From Ginkgo biloba (taxonomy: Eukaryota > Plantae > Ginkgophyta): a stretch of 21,870 bases of DNA. Shown one piece after another: positions 1 to 10,130 of the stretch. The stretch's first letter is position 1, and the number at the start of each line of letters is the position of its first letter. The position numbers and the translations under genes are program-made. Under the pieces are notes generated by a model. That model searched no databases. It saw nothing but the letters and a program-made list of their open reading frames with translations, and was not told where the DNA came from. The stretch is from positions 162,909,067 through 162,930,936 of the forward strand of contig JANKJI020000004.1 in assembly GCA_024626585.2 (NCBI GenBank). Reading direction: 5' to 3'.

Positions 1-982
1 GTTTTTCATATCAGATTATTATGCCATTTATTTGCATTTTGCTTCCCAAGTTTAGGGTTTTCCATTTCATACGAATGTGTTTTATATGCTAACCTTAATA
101 CCATTTATGTAGCAAATATTGTCTTATTTCCTTATTTGCATATATTTTACAAGTTTTACTTGTCCTTATAAGGGAGATCCACTTCAAGAAAATTAAGAAG
201 CGAGCTTATAAGGTTCATTCACTTCTTTTATGTGAGAACCCTAANNNNNNNNNNNNNNTCAACATTTCCTCCTTTCTTTTATATTTAGAACTAGCGCTTA
301 GTAGTTTTATCTCCCTTAATATTATTATTATGTTTGGTTATGGTCATATTATTATGGAATTTAAGTAGACTTTTGGTTTTATAATATACTAAGTTATACT
401 ATCTTTCTAGTCTCAAGACCAAGATTAAGATTGCATTCTTAATTGTAATATTTTAAGTGTGTGAATGCAACTCAGTTAGAAAATGAAAATTAATAGATGA
501 CTATTGTCACTCTTATATTTATTTGTAAAGGATTACAATCAAGAAAAGGAAAACTTCTTGCACGTACATATGAACTTAAGAGGGCATAAGTTCATAGGGA
601 TAAGATCTATCACTTGTGTATCTAGAAAACTTTGAGGGAATGGATGGATTAGGCAATTCGATAAAAATACAAAGTGCTTTACATAAAGGCACACATAGAA
701 GTTTTAAACTCTTAATGTATTGCACAAGAGTAGAACTTGTGACCTCTTCCCTACTATTTATTCACCTTATTGCCACAAAGTGCATGTGCTTTGAAATTTA
801 TTCCAAAATATATTATTTTTGTAATATATTTCAAAACATATTCCTAGAAAAAAAACACCATATAACAACTGTTTGAATCAGTGAGCAAAGCCATCACCAT
901 CCGTTCCCTCTAATTACTCTGGACCCATTATGGGTATATCTATACTAAGAACAATATTGTTATTCAAATGAGATAATATAAT

Positions 983-1391
983 TGTAGAAGGCTAGTCATG
1001 GTAAGTGAAAACAAAAAGCCGATGAGAGATTCTTTTGTCCTTGAATGGAATAAGAAGAACAACTTAAGAGAATAACTTGTTGTGAGATATAGTTGTCCTT
1101 ATTCACAAAGTAGGAAGGTCCACCTTTCAAAATGCACCGAAATACGTCGAATCATTGCCTATAAGTTCTTATCTTCCTTTATATAAAGTAGGGAGGGAAT
1201 CTTTTTTAAAAACACTATAATGTTAGAAGGATCTCTAGGATGACCACCTAAGAAGATTCTTCTGTAGAATAAATCAAAACACGTTGCATACATAATCAAA
1301 TGGCGAGAAGTGTTCGCTCCCGCAAAATAAGCTAAGAGATGAGAGTTTATACGAAATATTATGCACACACAATGCTTATTCCTTCCTAACA
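983..1391 (-). mobile_element. Probable solo LTR of an LTR retrotransposon (409 bp)
   Basis: Begins TG (983, TGTAGAAGG) and ends CA (1391, CCTTCCTAACA; reverse complement TGTTAGGAAGG), giving imperfect terminal inverted repeats. Flanked by the direct repeat TAAT (979-982 and 1392-1395), or ATAAT if the terminal A is shared. Central palindromic TATA-like CTTTATATAAAG at 1177-1188. More CpG than the flanks. No PBS or PPT adjacent. Orientation is a guess. Confidence 0.6.
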
Positions 1392-2296
1392 TAATCTTAT
1401 AGGTGTAAATATCATACATGCATATTGTGCAATCTCATAATAATAATGATCAATACATTCTTCTAATATCAAGTTACTCACACATGGTATATCAATAAAA
1501 AAGTACAAGAAGAATATAACTATTGTAAATGATAATGATTTTGTAGAAGATAATTTAGAATAATGCCAAAATAACACACAACCATCACTAGTTTAATGCA
1601 TGATCCAGAACCCAAAATGTGTCTAGTGGAAGAAAATTAGAGTTCAAAGAAATTCACATTCATAAGTGGCAATCATATTCATAATTTATTACTTGAATTG
1701 ATTAAAGCAACAATTAATTGTTCTTTATATAAAATAAAGGGGTGGAATCACAATCCAAAAAGTGCAATGTCACTATTTATCCCTTAGAATGGGATTGAAA
1801 ATTACAACATATGAGAGTGATATCTCATATGAGGATCAACTTATATTTATATATATAGATTCATAAGATATTACTTAAAATAATCGTAGGTTATTTCCTT
1901 GAACATAAAAATTGGAATCACAGGCTTTCACTTAGTCAAGAAGAACACAAGAAGTCTTAACTTTAATAAATTGAACCCTTAAATTCTACACCCCTAATTT
2001 TGAGCTCTTGGGAGATTTTATCATCCCTAATGGTAATTGTTAAATCAATTATAAATAGATTCATTTCAACTTCTCTAAGTTGGCTAATGTGGTATTTTTT
2101 CATGTGGCAATTGAGATGAAGTGGCAACTAAAATTAGTCAAAGTTACTATATTGTATGTTGTGATATTTTACAAATTCTATGTGCTTGCCATATTTTTTA
2201 GATATTTGCAAAATCTTACACTTTACTTGCACCATTGAATCTTAAGGGAGACAATCTCATTTAGTCACTGAATTTTTCCACTTTGTATCTTTTTTC

Positions 2297-2600
2297 CCAT
2301 ATCGCATCATTTTGACAATTTCCCATGAGTTGGAAAATATTGGTGACAATGTGAATTTGATGCCATCTAGTGCTTATTACATCACTTTTGATCAATATCA
2401 CATAATTTGCTACTTTTTCCAAACTAGAAAATTCTTGTGATTTGGTAAATTCTTCATAATTTGGGCACTTTTATGTGATGGTGTACCCTTAGTGCCACTT
2501 AGTGCTTGTCAAGTCACTTTGACCATATTTCATCATTTTGCTACTTTTTTTAAAACTGGCACATTCTTGCGATTTTGGTAATTTTTTTTATGAATTTGGT
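2297..2600. repeat. Degenerate tandem repeat, ~132-bp period (two copies plus a partial third)
   Basis: TGCCATCTAGTGCTT...TCACTTTTGA...TTTGCTACTTTTT..AAACT...ATTCTTGTGATTTGGTAA from 2361 aligns with TGCCACTTAGTGCTT...TCACTTTGA...TTTGCTACTTTTT..AAACT...ATTCTTGCGATTTTGGTAA from 2493. A weaker partial copy (CCATAT.GCATCATTTTG) lies at ~2297. Confidence 0.7.
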
Positions 2601-3504
2601 AAATTCTTTCAACTAGTAGTTTTCTTAGATAAATCCATAAAAAATTAATATTTTAATCTTATTGTATGTCTTATGCTTAATTCTAAGTGACATTTGTTAG
2701 GGTCACTTCCCCTAGAACTTGGCTAGGACTGCTTCCTCTAGGACCTTGAAAGGGAACCATAAAAATATTTGGTCTCAAACTCAACTGCTAAACAAGGTAT
2801 ATTTTTAGTCCCATGTTGTAGNNNNNNNNNNNNNNNNNNNNNNNNNNNNNNNNNNNNNNNNNNNNNNNNNNNNNNNNNNNNNNNNNNNNNNNNNNNNNNN
2901 NNNNNNNNNNNNNNNNNNNNNTAATAAAATAACCAAGATACACAACATTCTCATCACTCAAATATTTTATTCATTTAACATTATATCATGCACTTCAAAT
3001 TCCATATGACATGGAAATATTTTATTTACCTTCATAAGTTTGCATTGTGGTGTAATTTTGTTGCCACATCCATCTTTTGAGCATCCCATATATTTTTATT
3101 AAGCCCTTCTACATATGAATACTCATGATGATCTCTATCATAATATTTTTATCTTTCTCCATGAATACGATCTTTGATATGTAATGTATTTTATTCTTAT
3201 TGGACTAATATATGGTCATGACAGTCTTTATGCCCTTGAATTTTATCCTTCAACTTGTCCCTTGTCTTAGTACTCATATTTGATGTAATAAGTTATACTA
3301 TAACACCATCTTCTTGAACCTATAATAGTACATCACATAAAATATGATCTATAGTAGTTTTTTCTTTCCATATGATCCTTATTATTAGATGTTACCTTAA
3401 TTCCACTAGATTCCAAAAATACTATTGTATAATCATGATGCATGCATACTTTTCCACGCCCTTATTATTGAAAATTTAAGTGATTATGATAATTCCTTGA
3501 ATAT

Positions 3505-3650
3505 TTTGATGGTCCTGATTGTGTTTGAGATTCGATTGTTCAGTCAGGAAATAGCAAACAGATGCGCGTTTCATAATCACACGGCGTTGACGACTGAGAG
3601 GCAGAAATTCAGCTGGCAGTATATGGGGAAAGGAAAATGATATGAACGAT
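3505..3650. other. CG/CHG-retaining island, function unknown
   Basis: About 150 bp packed with CG, CAG and CTG (TTCGA, CAGTCAGG, CAGATGCGCG, CACGGCG, GACGACTG, CAGCTGGCAG), words that are rare elsewhere in the window. Confidence 0.6.
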
Positions 3651-3889
3651 TTAACCTTAATTCAATCTTCAATTCACACCAATTATGTCTCTTGGACCAA
3701 ACCTTAGACACCAAAGAATCTTATTAGATTGATGTGTTGTTTTTTAGTTACTTGGTTACTTTGTTGTTAACCCAAGTGATGAAAGAGCAATCAATTTCAC
3801 CACATCCATAAATATCTAAGAGCTCATGAAGAACATATAACCAATGGATATAAGTTAAATGTGGACTAAAGTGGCTCTAAGTACCGGTT

Positions 3890-4046
3890 TTCTAACTTGT
3901 CCTCCGAAGTAAAAAAATAATTGCAGTGTTGAATGCGGCTCTAAGTTCTAGTTTGATAACTTTTTTATTCTAACTTGTCATGTGAAATAAAAAAATAATT
4001 GCAGTGTTGAATGTGGCTCTAAGTTCTAGTTTGATAACTTTTTTAT
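3890..4046. repeat. 78-bp direct tandem duplication
   Basis: Copy 1 (3890-3967) and copy 2 (3968-4045) share TTCTAACTTGTC...AAAAAAATAATTGCAGTGTTGAATGYGGCTCTAAGTTCTAGTTTGATAACTTTTTTA with 5 substitutions. A partial earlier unit (GTGGCTCTAAGT) lies at 3871-3882. Confidence 0.95.
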
Positions 4047-4209
4047 GTTAATTCTTTTTTCATTCAAAATGTTGGAGCTTAAGTTAATATATAATTTTTA
4101 AATCAAGATTTTATTAATGGCAGAATCTAAGTGTGGGTCATCTAGTCTTATTATTAGTTGAGTATGACTAATCAATCACTAATATAGAATCTCTAGTAGT
4201 ATGTGTATA

Positions 4210-4790
4210 TTGTATGATACATGGCAAATACAACCTTCTTGCATCCTTTAAGAAAAGTTTTGTGGTGTCATTATAAGATATAAAGCAACTAAATCTACCT
4301 TTTTCTTTGTCTATTTAGACTCTAGCTTATAAGGCTTATTTGTACCTATCTCTACTACTATAAATTTATTTTCTATATTTGGGATGGATCCATCATATTT
4401 ATCACCTTTTCTTGTTCAACTACATCATTCACAATCATAATAACTTCTTCTTCTTTTGTATCACCCTCTAAAGATGGTGGGTGCTAATCTTGCTATTACT
4501 ACAACTACAAAATATTTTTTCTCTTCTTGTTATTCTCGCACTAATGGAATATTTTTCTCTTTTTATATAACATTATTCTCATGTGCCTTATTTTTCACTT
4601 TCTCATTTGGTTGTGCATTTTGTTACAATTGTACACTTTGTTACACACCTTTAGTCTTGTCATCTAGGGGATCTGCCTTATTGATTCCATGTGGACTGTC
4701 CAACTTTATTCTATTTTTTGGAGGTTCTTTACCCCCATCACTTTCCTCCATACCTTGCATTATTATTTGAAATTTGGCTTACTCTTCTAT
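4210..4790 (-). pseudogene. Decayed, low-complexity E/K/Q-rich coding-like tract, probably a TE accessory ORF
   Basis: Purine-rich minus strand reads PPKNRIKLDSPHGINKADPLDDKTKGV*QSVQL*QNAQPNEKVKNKAHENNVI*KEK..., with TAA stops that could be deaminated CAA codons. No recognisable domain. Confidence 0.25.
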
Positions 4791-5529
4791 TAATTATCTN
4801 NNNNNNNNNNNNNNNNNNNNNNNNNNNNNNNNNNNNNNNNNNNNNNNNNNNNNNNNNNNNNNNNNNNNNNNNNNNNNNNNNNNNNNNNNNNNNNNNNNNN
4901 NNNNNNNNNNNNNNNNNNNNNNNNNNNAGTTTGAATAATCTTGTATAGATAAAATATAATCATTTGAGTTATAGTAGGTGAGAGCTAAGGCATGCAAAGA
5001 TTATTTTTTATGAATAAAATTTAACTTTGATGCTCAGTTCTGAATGTATACACCATGAACGTGTAAATTTGTTTAAGGTTTCATGTGTTTCCTATGTTTT
5101 GTATGGAATTTATTAACATATTCTTATAGCAGTATATGCGATTGCTCAATTGTTATAATATTCATGGAATGTTCATTAATAACATGATAAATGGTGAAGC
5201 ATTTAGTTATAATACAGGAGGAGAGTTTGAGGCTTATAAGAACAAATAGAAACATGTAATTTTCACCCTTTAGGATGATCTTATTTCTCTATTAAGGCAT
5301 GGTTTCACTTCTTGTCTTTCCCTTCTTATATTCCTATTCATACTTATATCATTTGAGGCTTTGACTAGTCTAGGCAATACCCTACTAATAATATGAGGAT
5401 ACCATCTCAATGATCCATAAGCTTAATAAAGTAGGTTATCTCTATCTCATCTTTACATACTTGAGACAGGACCTGCAATGAGTATTTGGATAGGATAGTA
5501 TCATAATAATGATAATCATGATATATTAG

Positions 5530-6064
5530 AGAGTGTTATCTCAAAAGACAACTTCATTTTTATATTTCCAAATGCAAAAAAAAAATAACACTCTACACTT
5601 AAAATTTTTAAGTCCCAATAAAATTATGAATCCCAACCAGATTTATAGTAGGAAATTAGGTGAGCAAAAATATGAACTTAGTTTTTAACCCTTTTATCCA
5701 CGAACAACTCTAGAAGAGGTTCTCATATGGTTAATTAAACCCATCATTTTTAGTATTATTCTAAAGACTAAGCTATGTTAAATGATGGACCATGTTAAGA
5801 GGGATTTTAGGGATTCAATAGGGACTTCCCAAAACCTTTAAAGTTATTTGTATCAAAGGAAGAGGAAGATCATAAGTTTATATAATCTTTAAGTCTCTTA
5901 ATAATCCCTTCCTTGGTATTGAGCATAAAATAAGCATGCAAGGTGGGGTAGTTTATGTAGCCATTAAATGTATCTATTGGTGAAATTTTCCCATGCAAGG
6001 CCTCAGCTAACAATACGTAAGGATGATTAAATTTGGTAGAATAGGGATCACCTAACACATGCAC
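5530..6064 (-). mobile_element. LINE (L1/Tx1-like) ORF2 C-terminal remnant, zf-RVT region
   Basis: Motifs occur in the expected order on the minus strand across frameshifts. KGF(W/G)KSLLNP then LLTWSII*HSL at ~5770-5840 (cf. W....PK...F.W...H..L), VHIFAH....W at ~5635-5677 (cf. ET..HIF..C....W), and CIWKYKNEVVF*D at 5538-5576 (cf. W.IWK.RN..VF). ORF 5870-6064 lies just upstream on the same strand. Confidence 0.6.
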
Positions 6065-7549
6065 AACTAAGGTGGTACTCTAAGAATCGATTTGGCTAGG
6101 TTTTCTTGACTAGATTTCTCTATGGTTGACCTTAGGCAAAGCCTTGTTAGCAAGGTCATCTAATGATAGTTAATGCAAATCTAATAATAGACATATGATC
6201 AATATGGAAGGATAGATTGCAAGCAAAGTAATAGTTTTAAGGAAAAGATATAAGAAGGTATGCGAAGAATAAAAATGGTGAAGTATGAATGGTTATGATA
6301 GACTAACTCAAGTTCTAAGTTGACTATTGGGGTATTTAAAACTCAAGATGGAAAAATAATTATATGGAACTTAACTTCAAGCAAGATAAAAAGAACATTA
6401 TCAATGTGTATTCTTTTGAACATATAACTAATATATATATATTTAATCTTATGAAATTAATTATATGGAATCAAACACTGAGTTGGTATAGCCATACATA
6501 TCAAGGTTGTCAAATCCATGAATTATTTAGTCCACATCTTGTTGATGGTATATTATCATATAAACTAACTTACCCAAGTATTTATTAGGAAGTGGAGTCA
6601 TCCATGAGATAAGGTAAGGTAAAAAGGTGGTAAAATAGAGCATAATTGCACCATAGAATATATCGCTCATCAATAACCTTTAATACCATTGCAATTCATT
6701 CTCATACTTTAATTCTTTGGGTTATCACTAATTTTAGATTTCCTAAAACATGTGCATGAAAAAATTAAAAATAAAAGTTACCTCTAACCTTATTTTCCCC
6801 TTTTTGTACAAGTAGTAATTGTACATCTTATTAATAAATGATTCCCCTATTTTTCATTCATATGGTTTATACAAATTTCTCAATAACACACCGACCTTCA
6901 ATTGTTAAAAGAAAATGAAACATTAATGATAATGGACTATAGACATTCATAATCAAAATATATTTGAAATATTTTNNNNNNNNNNNNNNNNNNNNNNNNN
7001 NNNNNNNNNNNNNNNNNNNNNNNNNNNNNNNNNNNNNNNNNNNNNNNNNNNNNNNNNNNNNNNNNNNNNNNNNNNTCATCATCACATATACGCAAATATA
7101 TTTTCTACTTCCTTCTCTTCAAAGAAGAAGACATATCCTACATTGGGTAGCAAGTACCCCACTACCCCCTTGTTTTTGTAACATTTAATCATATTTACTT
7201 AAAAATACTATTTTTATTATCAATTGTTAAATATTATTTAGTTGTTTCTTATTTTAGGTCACAACATGATATATCTTGATAAGATGAGAAGAGTAGTAGT
7301 AGTGCCACTTAGTGTTTATGTGCATATAATCTCTATCCCATCAATCCAAGGCCAAAACACCACATAACATAAGTGAGTCATGTTTAAAACATGAAAAATT
7401 CAATTTACAAAGAAAATAATGTTTACTAAAATCGAACAAACAAATGTGTAAATAATGGGCCAACATTTTCATGTGTTCGCCAACCAAAATTATACTTTTA
7501 ATAATTAAAAAATCATTGTTAAGCATTATATTTTACAAATTAAAAGTAT

Positions 7550-8125
7550 TGTTAATGGCAAGTACCACTTGGTATGATACTTGTCAAGAACATATTCAAA
7601 GAACAAAATGCGGGGGTTCTTTATGTACAAAGAGTCCTTAATGTGAATAGCATGCATAAAGAAATCATGAGAAATACGACATACAAGAAGAGAATACACG
7701 ATGAGATGGAATGTGATGAAAAATATCATCAAGTGGAATGATAATATCATAGACTAGAGGTAAGAATACTCTCTCTCCTCATCTAAGCCATAACTCTCAA
7801 GATGATATTTACGATGAATGGAAGATCCCCCAACTTCTCCCCCATGAGGGGAGAAGGGATGAAATGTGATATGATATTATTGATAATACTTTTGGCCTTG
7901 CTTGGATAATGTATGGATCTCTCCAGGGCCGACGATCTTTTGTGCATAATCTAGCCTATAAAATCACTATAGTATTATCTCAGGGGGCATAAAATCCACT
8001 TTCCTAGGCCACCGGTGTGTGAATATAGTAGCTTTTTTCCCTCTGGGGAGCCACAGCCCCTACAGAAAATGGCCCCGGGAAGAGTAGTTCACTAGTTGAT
8101 CCCACGAGCACAAGATCCCCTAGCA
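7550..8125 (+). mobile_element. LTR-like segment (3' or solo LTR; 5' boundary uncertain)
   Basis: GC-richer, CpG-retaining, non-coding block ending ...CACAAGATCCCCTAGCA (8125) with an abrupt return to AT-rich sequence. Candidate start TGTTAATGGC at 7550. No PBS follows and no matching TSD was found. Confidence 0.4.
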
Positions 8126-8579
8126 ATTTGAATTCTTAAAAGACACTACTTTGTGCCATAAAAGGTCCAAGATCATGAAGTATCATATAGTGTGTTAATA
8201 TAATATTTAAATTCATGATTAATATTGAAGGCTATGCTAATGGAGAAGGCATTAATTGAGTTGATGCCATAGAAAAACTTGACACACTTTTAGACTTAGA
8301 GTTGTTCTTAAGAGTTAATTCAACTCTATTATCCTCCTTAGGGTCATATAAATCTTCATCATACTAAGGTATGTAATTATTGGTACATCTATATTAGTCA
8401 CTAGACTCTTTTAGAGAGCTTAGACAACCTCATGCTATGATAATAATTGACTAACTCTTATTTTATTACATATTACGCTTGAGATTTAATTAGATCAAAC
8501 CAAATTAAAGTAGCCTCCTTAGTTATGTGATGAATCATTGGTGGTTTTTTTGGCAATATTAGGACCTTGGCTACCATAA

Positions 8580-10130
8580 ACTTCTTATGTTGAAACCATC
8601 TCAACAACAACTTTTCTTCTTCTAAAGTAGCCTCAACTGCCTACTTGATAAACTCCTTGATAATGGAGGATACTTCCTAAGGTAGGATATGGTATTATGA
8701 CTACCTTATATATTTACCTAAATTGATGGATTATTATTCTAAGCCCTCATCTTAATTCATTATGATGATCAATTTATTGGCCATACATTCAATTAATAAA
8801 TTTCTAGAAATAAGGATATGGGAGTCTCATGTATAATTCCTACTAAACCCACTAAAATTTTCTACAATTCTTGAGTGATATAATTTATAAAACTTTATGC
8901 TTGAAATTAGGCACAATCCATTTTGACATTTTTCTTTAGAACACCATGCATGTTCTTTAAGGTGAAGGTCTAAAAAGTGAAAATGGATTTAAAGTCCACT
9001 TAGCAGTTATCTTTAATCCTATATCATTTAGGTCATACAGGAAATAATATGGACTTAGACTTTTCTTCTTCTTCAAAGGTCCAATGGTCTTTAATTTTCT
9101 TAGTATAATTGAATTTATACCTAACCACTTATCCTTATTGTTGTCCTGTCTTTATAAGGTTGAGTACCACTCATTAACATCAAAATGAATCTTAACACAA
9201 GCTAACCTCAATACTAAAGTATTATTTCTTAAGCTAATTGTGATTATAGAAAGTGCATTCTCTACTACTACTTTTTCCTACCCCAAATTATTAGCATTCT
9301 TAATCAACCCATTAACATGGGCCTCTAATATAAGTACCTCTAACTTTACAATATAAGTTTTTCTTTAAATACTGAGCCTTGACCAACTAATTTGCAAAAG
9401 TATCAACAATAAAATATGACACTTATGCACTTAAAATGGCATGATGATTCTACTATATATCCTCTAATCCATTTATTATACAAACTTTCATTACTTTATG
9501 GAGCATGATGAGTCTAACTTTAGTACCATTCTTTATGAGCATTAGGATCTTTGTTGTTTCATTAGCCTCCTTTCTTTAGAGATTCTCTTATACTTTAAGC
9601 TCATCATCCAATTCTTCTACCTAGAGAGTGAGATCTATAGTAGAGTGATTTACTAGCTTCCCCATATATTTATAGTGATTTATGCCTAAAAAATTTATAA
9701 TTGTGGATGTAACTAAACCTTACTTTTCTTTTTTAATTTTTTTAAGATGACTGGTGGACCTAATGCAACCTCTATCATGTTAACACCAAATTGAATTGTG
9801 AGAGATAAAATTTATATTTTTATTGTATCTATGATATTTAAATGGATAGAGGTATAACTACTAAAGTAGTTAGTCCCTCTATGATAGTGTGAAGATGATC
9901 ATTATCTCTATATGATGTATGGTCAATATGAGTGTATGGATCTTCTAAATTTGATGTTTCTTATTATCATTACCATCTTTGTTCAATGGATTTAGAAAAT
10001 GGTTAAATATTTTTATTATTGATTAGAGGACCCAATAAGTGGATTAATGGATTCTCTCCTTTCTTAGTAGCTTCTAGGACCTTCTTTGACCCAACAACTA
10101 GCTTTATGGATCTATCTTCTTTCCTAGGAT
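8580..10130 (-). mobile_element. Highly degenerate Ty3/Gypsy pol remnant (RT-RNase H-integrase, possible chromodomain)
   Basis: Colinear minus-strand motifs in Gypsy order: FLGINHYKYM at 9663-9692 (cf. FLGLAGYYRRF), LVGQGSVFKE at 9361-9390 (cf. YLVG..F.IKTDH), G*EKVVVENALSI at 9245-9283 (cf. GKENVVADALSR), VGIIHETPIS at ~8814-8843 (cf. AGLLQPLPIP) and EATLEEEKLLLRWFQH at 8587-8634 (cf. chromodomain EATWE....L...FP). Weaker RT traces lie at 9920-10130. Confidence 0.72.

Noticed and set aside
50-244. Telomere/telo-box motifs TTTAGGGTTT (51-60) and AACCCTAA (237-244)
   Set aside because: Single isolated units, common in plant repeats; not an array.
3425-3640. 71-aa ORF overlapping the CG island
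   Set aside because: Non-ATG start, no recognisable motif, and a length compatible with chance.
3871-4046. CRISPR-like repeat array
   Set aside because: Contiguous tandem duplication without unique spacers; eukaryotic context and no cas genes.
4456-4770. 104-aa F/L/C-rich ORF that looks membrane-like
   Set aside because: Antisense shadow of a purine-rich minus-strand tract; non-ATG start and no domain.
6265-6306. KNKNGEV*MVMID resembling Gypsy RT KKDG..RMC.DY
   Set aside because: Single short motif with no colinear support.
7470-7485. TGGCGAAC on the minus strand as a PBS for the 7550-8125 LTR
   Set aside because: Not adjacent to a CA LTR end.
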